Below, piece by piece: positions 52,544 through 63,240 of a stretch of 64,000 nt of DNA. The stretch is from an uncultured Thermotogae bacterium. GTDB lineage: Bacteria; Thermotogota; Thermotogae; MWEM01. Numbering within the stretch: the first letter of the stretch is position 1; every line of letters starts with the position of its first letter. Under the pieces are notes generated by a model. It had not been told where the DNA came from, searched no databases, and saw nothing but the letters and a program-made list of their open reading frames with translations. The stretch covers positions 1,989,380 to 2,053,379 of the forward strand of contig OY763325.1 of the NCBI GenBank assembly GCA_963667315.1, given 5' to 3'. The position numbers were made by a program, and so were the translations under genes.

Positions 52544-54283
52544 TTGGCTACGGTTCAGATCAATATTAATAACCGTAACTACGATGTACCTGACAACATT
52601 ACGGTACTTGAAGCTGCAAAACAGGTGGGGATAGAAATCCCAACACTTTGTTATCACCCAAGATTGGAGGCGACAGGTGGATGCCGAATTTGTGTTGTTG
52701 AAGTCGAAGGCGCAAGAAACCTCCAGCCGGCGTGTGTAACGATGGTTCGTGACGGAATGGTAATCAAGACAAGTTCTGACAGAGTTTACAACGCCAGACA
52801 GATGAACCTGTCACTCATTCTTTCAAGACATCCAAATGACTGTATGACTTGTGAATCAAACGGAAAATGTGAATTACAGGATCTCATATACAGCTACGAT
52901 GTAAAACCTATCTTCCCGAAGAACGAAGACAAGCCACATATCTTTGATGAAAGCTCACCATCCATCATCAGAGACCTTGACAAGTGTATTGCCTGTACAA
53001 GATGTGTGAGAGCTTGTTCACAGCTTCAGGGAATGGACATCTACGGTATGGCGGACAGAGGGTTCGAGACATTACCGCTTACAGCATTCAACGTACCAAT
53101 CGACGAAACGATGTGTATCAACTGTGGACAGTGTAGTGCATTCTGTCCGGTTGGCGCTATTACGGAAAATTCAGCTGTAAGAGAAGTTAACAGACAGCTC
53201 AAGAAGCATGAAAAGATTCTCGTTGTTCAGACAGCTCCTGCAACAAGAGTCGCCATCAGCGAAGAATTCGGAATGGAACCCGGAGAAATCTCAACGGGAA
53301 ACATGGTTGCCGCTTTGAAAGAACTCGGATTTGACTATGTATTCGATACAGATTTCTCAGCTGATTTGACCATTATGGAAGAAGGATCAGAATTACTCGG
53401 AAGAGTCAAAGAAGGCGGACCGTTCCCGATGTTCACATCCTGTTGCCCGGCATGGATCAACCTGATGGAAAAGAAGTACCCACAGTTCAGAGAAAACGTT
53501 TCTACTGCAAAATCACCACAGCAGATGCTCGGACCTGTTATCAAAACTTATTTTGCAGACAAAATCGGTGTAAAGTCTGAAGACATCTTCAGTGTTTCCA
53601 TTATGCCTTGTACCGCAAAGAAAGATGAAGCAGGAAGAGAGCAGCATAAGGATGAAAACGGAAACCCTTACGTTGACCTCGTTCTCACAACAAGAGAACT
53701 CGGAAGACTCATCAAGCTGAACAAGATTCCTTTCGCATCACTTGAAGAAAGAGAATACGACGATCCCCTTGGAGAATCAACTGGTGCTGCCGTTATCTTC
53801 GGTGCTACAGGTGGCGTTATGGAAGCTGCGCTCAGAACAGCATACGAACTCGGAACGGGAAATCCGCTTCCAAAAGTAGACTTCATGCCCGCAAGAGGAC
53901 TTGAAGGCATTAAGGAAGCATCCGTAGACTTCAACGGAATCGACTTCAAGATCGCGGTCGCTCATGGTGGTAAAAACGTTCAGGAACTCGTTGACAAGAT
54001 TGCCAGCGGTGAAGCATTCTATCACTTCGTTGAAATCATGGCCTGTCCCGGTGGATGTATCGGTGGTGGCGGAGAGCCATACAGCAACGATGCGGAAATT
54101 CTCGAAAAGAGAACAAAGGGAGTTTACGCCATCGACGAAGCAATGACCATCAGAAAGTCACATGAAAATGAATCCATCACAAAGCTTTACGAGAATTTCC
54201 TCGAAAAGCCACTCAGCCACAAGGCACATCATCTTCTTCACACCCATTACACAGACAGATCAAAGAAGAAGGAAACAGTTTAA
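52544..54283 (+). CDS. hydA: Monomeric [FeFe]-hydrogenase HydA (N-terminal 2Fe-2S ferredoxin domain, 4Fe-4S clusters, H-cluster)
   Basis: TTG start with a GAGGAGGGG RBS. H-cluster motifs are TSCCPAW, MPCTAKK and EIMACPGGCIGGGG. Cys-rich FeS motifs are in the N-terminal third. Confidence 0.92.
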   Translation: MATVQININNRNYDVPDNITVLEAAKQVGIEIPTLCYHPRLEATGGCRICVVEVEGARNLQPACVTMVRDGMVIKTSSDRVYNARQMNLSLILSRHPNDCMTCESNGKCELQDLIYSYDVKPIFPKNEDKPHIFDESSPSIIRDLDKCIACTRCVRACSQLQGMDIYGMADRGFETLPLTAFNVPIDETMCINCGQCSAFCPVGAITENSAVREVNRQLKKHEKILVVQTAPATRVAISEEFGMEPGEISTGNMVAALKELGFDYVFDTDFSADLTIMEEGSELLGRVKEGGPFPMFTSCCPAWINLMEKKYPQFRENVSTAKSPQQMLGPVIKTYFADKIGVKSEDIFSVSIMPCTAKKDEAGREQHKDENGNPYVDLVLTTRELGRLIKLNKIPFASLEEREYDDPLGESTGAAVIFGATGGVMEAALRTAYELGTGNPLPKVDFMPARGLEGIKEASVDFNGIDFKIAVAHGGKNVQELVDKIASGEAFYHFVEIMACPGGCIGGGGEPYSNDAEILEKRTKGVYAIDEAMTIRKSHENESITKLYENFLEKPLSHKAHHLLHTHYTDRSKKKETV

Positions 54284-54316
54284 TAAAGCTTTTAGATTAG
54301 ATTCAAAAGATAAATC

Positions 54317-54345
54317 AAAGCCATCCTCTCGGATGGCTTTTTTTA
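54317..54345 (+). terminator. Rho-independent terminator of hydA
   Basis: AGCCATCC-tctc-GGATGGCT followed by TTTTTTT. Confidence 0.8.
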
Positions 54346-54369
54346 AATCTCCAGGGAGTGTGGATAAAA

Positions 54370-55003
54370 TGATGCCAAATCTGATTCTTGTAGAAGGGTT
54401 ACCGGGAACGGGCAAAAGCACCTGGCTTTCAGCCTTTAAACAATACTTTCAAACAAAAGGCATTCCCACAAAGATATTTCACGAAGATGCTTTAAGAGAG
54501 ATATCTACGAGCTCCCCTTTCCTCAATATAAAGAAATCATGCTGCACAGATGGCAAAGATTCATGCATAAACTGGAAAAGAATGACTCAGTGTACCTGTT
54601 TGAATGTACATTTTTGCAAAATCCTCTGACAAAGATGGTCATTCAAACCAATCTGCCTGAAAGGATCGTAAAGGAATATGTCACTTCGGTTGAAAGACTC
54701 ATCTAAAGAACAGAACCGCTGATCATCTACCTTGAAAACCGGAATATTGAGAAAAACTTCAAAAAAATCTATGCTGAAAGACCCGAAGGGTGGCAAAAGA
54801 TGTTTGTTGATTATTATACATATCGCGGGTATGGGGCAGAAAATCAGCTTAAGGGGATAAACGGAACCCTTAAAATTCTAAAGTATCGTCATGCGCTTGA
54901 ACAAAGATTATTAAAAAACAGTCGGTTGATGTCAAAGTTGATTAATACAGAAACACTATCGTTCAACAGCATCCACGGTCTTATCCAAAAAGTGCTTCAG
55001 TAA
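54370..55003 (+). pseudogene. P-loop NTPase/kinase-like gene disrupted by a frameshift (about 54540) and an in-frame TAA (about 54712)
   Basis: MMPNLILVEGLPGTGKSTWLSAF... (Walker A) continues in another frame as ...KEIMLHRWQRFMHKLEKNDSVYLFECTFLQNP...VERLI*. After the stop it continues in the same frame as RTEPLIIYLENRNIEKNFKKIYAERPEGWQKMFVDYYTYRGYG.... Confidence 0.55.
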
Positions 55004-55107
55004 TCCCAACTTTTTGCAGGTGTTAAGATAATAAATTTTATATTTGTTAAATTTTAAAAAATATTATATAATCAAAATATCTTACAACGGATTAAAACAA
55101 AAGGATT

Positions 55108-56163
55108 GTGGTGATTGTGAAAGCTGACATAACCCCATCAAAAGAATGTATCTTGATTGTCGACGATAATAAGGAAAATTTGGATTTATTGAATGATATT
55201 CTCATAGATGATTATACAATTAAGGCTGCTGTAAATGGAAAAACAGCCTTGAAGATCGCCGAACGCTTTAAACCGGATATGATTCTGCTGGACATCATGA
55301 TGCCGGAAATGGATGGTTTGGAAGTTTGTAAAAGACTCAAACTCAATCCCATCACCAAAAATATCCCCGTCATTTTTGTGACGGCAAAAAGCGAAGATGT
55401 TGATGAAGCATTGGGCTTTAAACTTGGCGCAGTGGACTACATCTCCAAACCCATCAGCGCCTTGATCGTTAAAGCAAGGGTTAAAACACATTTTGCCCTT
55501 TCAAATCAAAAAAAAGAATTGTCAAAAGCAGTCATTTTAAAAACCGATGAAGTCAGGCAAACAAGAAATGAAATCATCAAAATGCTTGGGAGAGCGGCTG
55601 AATATAAGGACAATGAAACGGGCACTCATATCATTCGTGTTGGAGAATACGCTTATACACTTGCGATAAGTTTGAACATCGATGAAGAAACGGCATTGAC
55701 GATAAAGGAAGCGTCAAAAATGCATGATATCGGAAAGATTGGTATACCCGACCGGATATTAAAAAAACCGGGAAAATTGGATCGGGATGAGTACGCTATC
55801 ATGAAAAATCACACACAATTCGGATCCGGCATCATCGGGAATCATCCTTCAGACTTATTGAAAACGGCCGCAATTATAGCCTTACAACATCATGAACGCT
55901 ATGACGGAAAAGGGTATCCTTATGGATTAAAAGGGGATGACATCACCATCTGTTCCAAAATAGTTTCACTTTGTGATGTCTTTGATGCCTTGACCAGCAG
56001 GCGGCCTTATAAAGAACCGTGGGAATATCAAAAAGCGGTGACATATATCACGAAGCAAAGCGGCAAACAATTTGACCCAAAGGTGGTCAATGCCTTCACC
56101 GCCTCACAAACTGAAATCTCCGTGATATACAATAAATACAAGGAAGATTTTGCAATCAGCTGA
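55108..56163 (+). CDS. Response regulator with HD-GYP c-di-GMP phosphodiesterase domain (REC–HD-GYP)
   Basis: N-terminal REC (ILIVDDNKENL...ILLDIMMPEMDG...). The HD-GYP signature is HHERYDGKGYPYGL. GTG start. Confidence 0.85.
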   Translation: MVIVKADITPSKECILIVDDNKENLDLLNDILIDDYTIKAAVNGKTALKIAERFKPDMILLDIMMPEMDGLEVCKRLKLNPITKNIPVIFVTAKSEDVDEALGFKLGAVDYISKPISALIVKARVKTHFALSNQKKELSKAVILKTDEVRQTRNEIIKMLGRAAEYKDNETGTHIIRVGEYAYTLAISLNIDEETALTIKEASKMHDIGKIGIPDRILKKPGKLDRDEYAIMKNHTQFGSGIIGNHPSDLLKTAAIIALQHHERYDGKGYPYGLKGDDITICSKIVSLCDVFDALTSRRPYKEPWEYQKAVTYITKQSGKQFDPKVVNAFTASQTEISVIYNKYKEDFAIS

Positions 56164-56165
56164 AA

Positions 56166-57392
56166 TTATTTTTCTTTTTTCTTCTTCCGTCCCCTGTTCA
56201 TGTAAAATTTCGCAAATCCCATGACAACTCTGCCCAAAGGCCCTTCAAATTCCTTTTTAACCTTCTTCAGTTCCTCCGGTATATGGATACCCTGAGGACA
56301 TACCGTCACGCATTTCCCGCAACTCACACATTGACTGACAAGATGCGGTTTCTCCCCGGCCATGATACCACCAAGTCTCAGGAGGTACAACAGCCTGTTC
56401 GCCATCTTCTTATCGAAAAGATATCTATTGTTGTACAGTTCAAAGGCTGTTGGAATATCCACACCTGTTGGACAGGGCATACAATATCGGCAACCTGTAC
56501 AGGGAATCTTCCTTAAACTCAGATATGTATCAGCCGCCTGTCTCAGGATTTCAACCTCTTTTTCCGTCAACGCGTTTGGGGGTGTCTCGGAGGCAATTCG
56601 GATATTTTCCCTCACATGTTCCATCGTATTCATCCCGGAAAGGACAACGGTTACCTCAGGATGGTTCCATATCCATTTTAACGCCCATTCCACATTTGAT
56701 CGTTTCACATCTGCCTTGTCATAATGCGCCTTTACCTGTTTGGGAAGTTCTCCGGCAAGATTGCCGCCGAGAAGAGGTTCCATGATGATAACCCCCAGCC
56801 CTTTTGATGCGGCATATTGGAGTCCGCTCTTTCCCGCCTGGTTGTTTTCATCCAGAATATTGTACTGAATCTGACAGAAATCCCAATCGTAATCGTCTAC
56901 GATCTTCGAGAACTCGTCTTTGGGTCCGTGAAAGGAAAAACCGATGTTCTTTATCTTCCCTTGCGCTTTTATATCATCCATAAATTCCTCTATACCGAGA
57001 CGTTTCATCTGATCCCACGCCGTACCGTTGAGCATGTGAATCAGATAATAATCGATCATGTCAACATTCAGCTTCTCAAGCTGTTTGTTGAAAAAGTCGT
57101 ACATCTGTTCTTTTGATTTACAGAGAAACTGCGGCAATTTGGTTGCAATCCTGACCTTTTCCCTGTAGCCATCTGCAAGGGCTTCTCCAAGGAATTTCTC
57201 GCTGTTCCCGCCGTGATACGGCCAAGCGGTATCGATATAATTCACACCGTTATCAATCGCATATCTGACCTGTTTCATCGCCTCTGCCTTATCGATTCTC
57301 CCGCCTCTTGTCGGCAGTCTCATACAGCCAAATCCGAGTGCGGATAATTTATCGCCGTTAGACGGCATTTCTCTGTAAAGCATTTTTGTCAA
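56166..57392 (-). CDS. Aldo/keto reductase fused to a C-terminal 4Fe-4S ferredoxin domain
   Basis: 408 aa. AKR motifs LGFGCMRL and YIDTAWPYHGG. The C-terminal Cys cluster is CTGCRYCMPCPTG...CVSCGKCVTVCP. Confidence 0.85.
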   Translation of the reverse strand: MTKMLYREMPSNGDKLSALGFGCMRLPTRGGRIDKAEAMKQVRYAIDNGVNYIDTAWPYHGGNSEKFLGEALADGYREKVRIATKLPQFLCKSKEQMYDFFNKQLEKLNVDMIDYYLIHMLNGTAWDQMKRLGIEEFMDDIKAQGKIKNIGFSFHGPKDEFSKIVDDYDWDFCQIQYNILDENNQAGKSGLQYAASKGLGVIIMEPLLGGNLAGELPKQVKAHYDKADVKRSNVEWALKWIWNHPEVTVVLSGMNTMEHVRENIRIASETPPNALTEKEVEILRQAADTYLSLRKIPCTGCRYCMPCPTGVDIPTAFELYNNRYLFDKKMANRLLYLLRLGGIMAGEKPHLVSQCVSCGKCVTVCPQGIHIPEELKKVKKEFEGPLGRVVMGFAKFYMNRGRKKKKEK

Positions 57393-57900
57393 CTCCTCTT
57401 TTTAAATTTTTATAGAAACTTTGACCCTGATTATAAACTGTTCTTCAGTCTGATTCTTTAAAAGTCCAGGCTATATTGTACCGTTCCCAGTGATTTTATA
57501 TATCATTAAAAATATTAAAAGTATCTTTTCATTCAATTGAATTCATCGTTCCACCACTTTGTGCTTTAGCAAACAAAATCCGATTGATCATTCAGTCATA
57601 TTGTCATTAAAAAAAATATTCCTGATGAATAACCGTACGATTCTGATTATCGAAACCTATATTGACTGATCGCTCAATCACATCCTATCACAAATCGTTC
57701 CGTTTGTCAAATACTCTTTTAAAACCCTCTGTTCCCTGCAGGGCCCTCATCGCTATCACACTTTAAAAATCATCGTCGGAAAAGCCTTGCCGTTTCCGAC
57801 AAAAAAAGAAAGCATCCTATGTAGTCATCCACATTGAGGACACTTTCAGACAGGTAAGCCTGAGTATTCAGTCAGAGTATACACTTCAGATCTATTTTTA

Positions 57901-58488
57901 TCAAAAAACGCTTCCTTTATCGGCTCCAATCCCATTCCAAAGGATGTCAAAGGTTTTATTTATCGTATCACTGCATTTTCCCAGATCGTTTTTGTTAATA
58001 TATTTAATCGTCGATACCATCACCCCTTGAATCTGAGAAAGGAATAATCCTTCATCAATATTTCGGATCACACCGCTTTCCATTGCAGCCTGGACATATT
58101 TACCGAGAAAATCATAGTCAGCTTTAGCCTTTTCCATTTCCAGGTTATCGATAAACGGTGACTGACAAAAGGATTCTTTGAATTTAAAAAATTCAGGATA
58201 TTCAAACCCCCATTTGACGATGAGTGTCCAGATACGCTTCAGCCCTTCTTTGTAATCATCTGTCATCTCAAAATTTTCCCGGACATACTCCGCAGAATGC
58301 TGCTTGATATAAAGGTAAAGACTGTTTATGAGGGCTTCCTTTGATTGAAAGTAATTGTACAATGTTCCGGTAGAAACACCGGCTTCTTTGGATATTTTTG
58401 AGGTTGGTGTGTTGTGAAAACCAAATTCATTAAATAATCTCAATGCCGCCATCAGTAATTTTTCCTCTTTCGGTTGTAATGCTCTCAT
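57901..58488 (-). CDS. TetR/AcrR-family transcriptional regulator
   Basis: 195 aa. The N-terminal HTH is LFNEFGFHNTPTSKISKEAGVSTGTLYNYF. Confidence 0.85.
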   Translation of the reverse strand: MRALQPKEEKLLMAALRLFNEFGFHNTPTSKISKEAGVSTGTLYNYFQSKEALINSLYLYIKQHSAEYVRENFEMTDDYKEGLKRIWTLIVKWGFEYPEFFKFKESFCQSPFIDNLEMEKAKADYDFLGKYVQAAMESGVIRNIDEGLFLSQIQGVMVSTIKYINKNDLGKCSDTINKTFDILWNGIGADKGSVF

Positions 58489-58532
58489 TCATAACACCTC
58501 TTTCTTCAGACCATAACTGACTAATCACTCAC

Positions 58533-58561
58533 ATTGTATCATTTCTCTTTTCACCTGTCAA
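58533..58561 (-). promoter_or_regulatory. Sigma-70-type promoter (TTGACA-17-TACAAT on the minus strand) for the TetR gene
   Basis: The plus strand has TGTCAA at 58556-58561 and ATTGTA at 58533-58538, 17 nt apart. Confidence 0.5.
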
Positions 58562-58664
58562 ATAAAACATTACAATAGAAAACAGCTATTACTGTTATTA
58601 GGACGAATCGAAGTCTACACAGAATGCTTTCGAAACAACGGATTGAAATTGGTATAATGGTTCC

Positions 58665-59507
58665 ATGAAGAAAAAGAATCTGTTTTCGATTGGAGAAATG
58701 TCAAAATTACATGATGTCCCCATAAAAACGCTCAGATATTACGATGAGATCGGTGTTTTGACACCCGCTTATGTGAATCCGAATAACGGCTATCGCTACT
58801 ATTCGCTTTCACAATTCGAGATATTGAGTACCATCAAATATCTCCGGTTTCTCGGAATTCCACTGACAGAAATCATTGAACACGCTATGAACAGAGACCC
58901 TGAAGCGTTCATAAAACTGCTGAAAAAGCAGGAGAAGATGACCATACAGAAGATTGAGGAATTGAAAGTCATACAACACCGATTTCAAAGCAGGATCAGG
59001 GAGGTTGAATCGGCGATAGGGATATGCCGTCATGGAACTATCAGCGTTGAACAGTATCCGGTGAGACGGATCGTTCGAGAAAACGGACGATTCAAAACGA
59101 ACGATGACATAGAATTTGCATTGCGGCAAATCGTTTTAACACATGCACTGGTTTCGTCCATCTTTATCGGAAAAGTCTGTCTTTCAGTATCGGAAAGTGA
59201 TTTGAAAAAGGGTCTTACCAATGTTTACAATTCCGTTTTCGTCCTTGGAGAAGATTTTATTGAGATGGAAAAATTCGATGAACAGATTCCTGAAGGAACT
59301 TTTCTTAAGATCACCTTTATCGGGAATCATAGTCAATCAGCCCCTGCATACCAGTCACTCTTCACCTATATACGGCAAAACAATTTTGAGATCACCGGTG
59401 ATGCCATCGAAAGAACAATTATGGATCATTCCGTTTCCGGAAGGGCTGAACATTATATCACCGAGATACAGATCCCCGTAATCCGACACTTCGGTTTATC
59501 GGGATAA
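58665..59507 (+). CDS. MerR-family transcriptional regulator with C-terminal GyrI-like/effector-binding domain
   Basis: The N-terminal HTH is FSIGEMSKLHDVPIKTLRYYDEIGVL. An extended -10 (TGgTATAAT, 58650-58658) lies only 6 nt from the ATG and there is no SD, so the transcript is probably leaderless. Confidence 0.82.
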   Translation: MKKKNLFSIGEMSKLHDVPIKTLRYYDEIGVLTPAYVNPNNGYRYYSLSQFEILSTIKYLRFLGIPLTEIIEHAMNRDPEAFIKLLKKQEKMTIQKIEELKVIQHRFQSRIREVESAIGICRHGTISVEQYPVRRIVRENGRFKTNDDIEFALRQIVLTHALVSSIFIGKVCLSVSESDLKKGLTNVYNSVFVLGEDFIEMEKFDEQIPEGTFLKITFIGNHSQSAPAYQSLFTYIRQNNFEITGDAIERTIMDHSVSGRAEHYITEIQIPVIRHFGLSG

Positions 59508-59550
59508 AAAACAGCGGAACCCATTCTGATATGGCTTTCGCTGTTTTTTG
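59505..59550. terminator. Bidirectional rho-independent terminator between merR-like (+) and the third MCP gene (-)
   Basis: AAAACAGCG...CGCTGTTTT stem with an internal CCAT/ATGG pairing. It is flanked by A-rich sequence at the 5' side and a T-run at the 3' side. Confidence 0.6.
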
Positions 59551-59579
59551 GAAGTTCAAATCAAAAAGCCCTGCAAGAT

Positions 59580-61565
59580 TTAGAATTCAAAATCTTTGAT
59601 CGCCTCTGCAAGGTTTTCAACTTCAGAATCGAGTTCTGCGGAATAAGACGACAGATTGACATTCAAATCTTCCATGATCTTCGTTGAATCTCGCATCTCT
59701 TTCACCGTTTCAAGGAATGACATCATGTCTGACTGGAACCGATTTAGGATATTTGATATTTCCTGAGAGGAAGCACTTTGCTCCTGAGCCACGGAAGCCA
59801 GCGATTCTGATCCCTGTGAAACTTCTACAGAGCGTTTGACAAGTGATTCAAAGACATCACTCATGGTTTCGGTCGCCTGTTGTGTCTTCGCCATTACTTC
59901 ACTGGATTCATCCATATCCTTCTTGGCAATTTCTATTGTCGTATTGACAGAGGTTACGAGTCCCGTGATCTCTCCGGCGGCCTTTTTACTCTCTTCGGCA
60001 AGTTTTCTGATTTCATCCGCAACAACGGCGAACCCCTTACCGGCTTCTCCGGCACGTGCCGCTTCGATTGCCGCATTCAGCGACAGAAGATTGGTCTGTT
60101 CTGCAATAGCGGTAACTGCCGTCGCAATCACACTGATCTTTTCGGTTGATTCGATCAGCGATTCGATGCTGGTGTTAACACTCTTATTGGTTCTCACACT
60201 ATCTTCAACGGCTTTTCCCACTTTGTCAACTTCATTTTTACCATCATCGGCACTATCTCCGAGAACCGTCGCCAGAGCTGAAAGTTTCTGCGACGCATCG
60301 GCAACTTCATCAGTCGTGGATAATATCTCCGTAACGGATTCCAGCGATTCGTTCAAATCCCCCTTCATACTCTCCGCGGTATTGGAAATACTCGAAAAAT
60401 CCTCATTAAAACGCCCGGAGGTTGCCTTTCCAAGCTCAGCGGCAGACAACACATTGTCAGAGCCGGAGGATAATTCGTCGATAGCAGATTGAATCAGCTT
60501 AAAGGTCGGTCTCAGTTCTGAATTTACAAATTCTCCCACTTCCGAGACAGCCAGTCCAAGTTCATTTGTCACTTTTGATTCGGGCACTTCGACTGCAAAA
60601 TTCCCCTTCGCATATTCCTTGAGGATACCCAGTGAGCTCAAGGATTTTTTCAGAATCTTTCTCAGAATAATGGCAACCAAAACTACTATAAAGACCGTAA
60701 TCCCCGTATATATAAGGATAGTTGCCGTTATTTCACTGAAATAACTGGTCGGTTTAACATTCTTGATGTAACCGATCACGTTGTTTTCAAAATCCCGAAC
60801 GGGAATATAGATGGCATAACTGTTTGTCTTCCGGAAAAATTCCATTTCCACCGTATCACTCAGAACCGTATCTTTAATCTCGCTATTTCTTGGAGATATA
60901 TTGATATCTTCAGAAGTTCCATAATATTCAACATTCTCTTCCAGGTTTATCCCCTTTTGAAGATTATAAAAATAAAATTCACCGCCAAACTGTTGTTTCA
61001 GATAATCAAGAAAAGGCGTCGAAAAAGACATACCGAATTCCAGTGACCCGATGTGTTCATCCCGATAATAAACCGGCGTAATCCCTCTGATCCCGTATCC
61101 GTAACTGCCTTGATCAAGACCTGACACAAATGTCTGATCCGCATTTGTCTTGACGATAGTCGGTCTGATCTGCGAAAGATCGTCTCCATATTTCTCGACT
61201 TTGTGCATTCTTAAAAAACTCGTAGCAGGAGGCAGATGGAACTGGAGCTGATAGATGTTCATCTCTTCAACCAGCGTCTGATAGGTATCCGATAGCTTTT
61301 CTATCATTTCCTCTCTTTTGCCTTCCGCAAACAATCTCTGAATCTCTTCATCCTGTGCCAGCATATAGGCCCCCATCAGCGATATCTTCGATTGAGAATC
61401 TATCATCGTCTGAACGGAAAAAGCGGTGATCCTGCCCCCTTCAGTATACTGTGCCTGCTGCTGACTGATGCTTCTCTGTGTCAGGAAGATGGCTACAAGT
61501 GTAAAGACAACGGCTATCGCCAGTCCTATCCAAATCGTAAGACTTCCAACAAGTGTTTTTTTCAT
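59580..61565 (-). CDS. Methyl-accepting chemotaxis protein with Cache-like periplasmic sensor domain
   Basis: 661 aa. Two TM helices flank a mixed α/β domain of about 270 aa. It has the MCP core [35 protein letters not shown] and a C-terminus ...AIKDFEF. Confidence 0.88.
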   Translation of the reverse strand: MKKTLVGSLTIWIGLAIAVVFTLVAIFLTQRSISQQQAQYTEGGRITAFSVQTMIDSQSKISLMGAYMLAQDEEIQRLFAEGKREEMIEKLSDTYQTLVEEMNIYQLQFHLPPATSFLRMHKVEKYGDDLSQIRPTIVKTNADQTFVSGLDQGSYGYGIRGITPVYYRDEHIGSLEFGMSFSTPFLDYLKQQFGGEFYFYNLQKGINLEENVEYYGTSEDINISPRNSEIKDTVLSDTVEMEFFRKTNSYAIYIPVRDFENNVIGYIKNVKPTSYFSEITATILIYTGITVFIVVLVAIILRKILKKSLSSLGILKEYAKGNFAVEVPESKVTNELGLAVSEVGEFVNSELRPTFKLIQSAIDELSSGSDNVLSAAELGKATSGRFNEDFSSISNTAESMKGDLNESLESVTEILSTTDEVADASQKLSALATVLGDSADDGKNEVDKVGKAVEDSVRTNKSVNTSIESLIESTEKISVIATAVTAIAEQTNLLSLNAAIEAARAGEAGKGFAVVADEIRKLAEESKKAAGEITGLVTSVNTTIEIAKKDMDESSEVMAKTQQATETMSDVFESLVKRSVEVSQGSESLASVAQEQSASSQEISNILNRFQSDMMSFLETVKEMRDSTKIMEDLNVNLSSYSAELDSEVENLAEAIKDFEF

Positions 61566-61743
61566 CTTAGCCTCCTGTTTTATTATAAATTTGGTCCGTA
61601 TCCGCTGTTTAGTTTATCTGGCAAGAAGAATATTTGTAACACCACTAAAAAGAAAATAAATGACCACAGTATTATACAATATCCGAAACACCTTCCTATC
61701 TTCAACTTCAGGGACTTAAATTTGAATTAAAAACATGCTGCTA

Positions 61744-63240
61744 TTAACCCTTTCTTTTCATTTTTTGTTCATACATCTTCCGGTCTGCCAGATTTATTTT
61801 TTCTTCCAAATTCTCTTTCGGTCCGAGATGACTCATGCCATATGATATACTGACGGTTCCTTTCGGTAATTCGATATTTTTTATCTTCTTGATAACACTC
61901 TCTATCTTTTCACTTAACTTTTCAGCCGGAAAGGCTTCCAGAAACAGAACGAATTCATCGCCCCCAAATCGAAAAAAATAATCGTTGCTTCTGATATTTT
62001 CCCGGAATATCCGACTGATTTCCGACAGGACATGATCCCCCGTCAAATGTCCAAATACGTCGTTGATGGCTTTAAAACGATTGACATCGATTAAGATGAT
62101 TGAATAAGTCTGATCCGGCTTTCTGATCTTTTCATTCCATACCGTTAAAAAGCTTCTGCTGTATGCTTTTGTCAACGCATCTTCATAAGCAATATGTTTA
62201 AACACATCCCTGCTGTTTTTAAGCCTCCCCAAACCACTGTTGATATACCGGATGATAAAGAAATAAAAGACAAATACGAATAGAATAAAATAAACAATGC
62301 CAAATACGATGATCACATTCGTCTGACCCATGATATTCTTGAACAATGTTTCCTGTGTTTCATAGACCACGATATAGATCATGTCATTTATATTCCCAAG
62401 CGTGTAATAGATGTCATCTTTTTTGATTGTGGTCATCTCTGTATCTTCTGAGATCAGCTGTGATTGTTCAAGGAGTTCATAATACGTCTCTTCTGAAATA
62501 AGATCAAGACAAACCGATTCACTGTTGGCCTTCTCCAGCTGATCAGACAGACTGTAAAGGATAAAATCATAGCCGACGATGGCATCATCGATATAGATAG
62601 GTGAAACGATAGACGCCATAATCTCCACTTCTTCCTTTCTGATGGAAACAACCGTTTCGCTTGCTTTCTCCTCAAAATGATAATTCAAGATGTCTTTGAC
62701 GGCTTCTGAATCGTAACCCTCACTGATATAACCCGTCACCTCTTTATCATCCACACAGCGATAAGCGGAAACAAGGTATTCAACGGTCCGGGCACCATCC
62801 GCATATTTTTGTTCTGTATACGTCTGCAATCCCGAAAAGTCTATGATGCCATCCTTATAATCACCAATGGCATTTTTGATCATCGTCCTGCTTGACAGCG
62901 CATTTGCCGCTTCTACACCACGCATAAGCGCACTCTCGAGAATATGAAAATCCAGATGCGAGACAAGAGAAAAGACCTGTATCTGATTTTTCTTCAACGT
63001 GTCAGCCATGGGTCTGTAAACAACGAAGATGATGAAAATATTTATCAGGATAAAGGCAACCACCGTAACTATTTTCACACGTTTAAACAACGATACCGTT
63101 GATAGTTCTTTTTCAGAAATCGGCTTCTTATCCGGAATGATTTTGAACACCTTCTTTAAATCGTCCAACCCCTCAGGTACCAGACTTATTATGGAATAAT
63201 AATTGACTTTGTCACTGCTCTCCCTTATTGTCTGAAGCAA
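61744..63240 (-). CDS. Sensor diguanylate cyclase (two TM helices flanking a periplasmic domain, C-terminal GGDEF)
   Basis: 498 aa. The GGDEF motif lies in ...YFFRFGGDEFVLFL.... The region upstream of it is diguanylate-cyclase-like (RFKAINDVFGHLTGDHVL). Confidence 0.85.
   Translation of the reverse strand: MLQTIRESSDKVNYYSIISLVPEGLDDLKKVFKIIPDKKPISEKELSTVSLFKRVKIVTVVAFILINIFIIFVVYRPMADTLKKNQIQVFSLVSHLDFHILESALMRGVEAANALSSRTMIKNAIGDYKDGIIDFSGLQTYTEQKYADGARTVEYLVSAYRCVDDKEVTGYISEGYDSEAVKDILNYHFEEKASETVVSIRKEEVEIMASIVSPIYIDDAIVGYDFILYSLSDQLEKANSESVCLDLISEETYYELLEQSQLISEDTEMTTIKKDDIYYTLGNINDMIYIVVYETQETLFKNIMGQTNVIIVFGIVYFILFVFVFYFFIIRYINSGLGRLKNSRDVFKHIAYEDALTKAYSRSFLTVWNEKIRKPDQTYSIILIDVNRFKAINDVFGHLTGDHVLSEISRIFRENIRSNDYFFRFGGDEFVLFLEAFPAEKLSEKIESVIKKIKNIELPKGTVSISYGMSHLGPKENLEEKINLADRKMYEQKMKRKG

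Noticed and set aside
54162-54369. Upstream extension of the P-loop ORF through the hydA 3' end and terminator
   Set aside because: It crosses a strong intrinsic terminator and the hydA stop. The real start is ATG 54370 after GGGAGTGTGG.
57736-57745. 10-bp perfect palindrome CCCTGCAGGG in the AKR/TetR intergenic region
   Set aside because: It is an isolated short palindrome with no partner site or adjacent regulator gene in the right orientation, so it may be chance.
57775-57812. Perfect 8-bp stem hairpin (GTCGGAAA...TTTCCGAC) downstream of the TetR gene
   Set aside because: The T-run is on the wrong side for either strand, so it is at best a weak terminator. It is noted but not called.
59836-60492. 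218-aa plus-strand ORF, and similar ORFs at 8118-8372 and 10399-10713
   Set aside because: These are antisense shadow ORFs of MCP signalling domains. The shared [11 protein letters not shown]...[21 protein letters not shown] peptide is just the reverse complement of the conserved MCP core.
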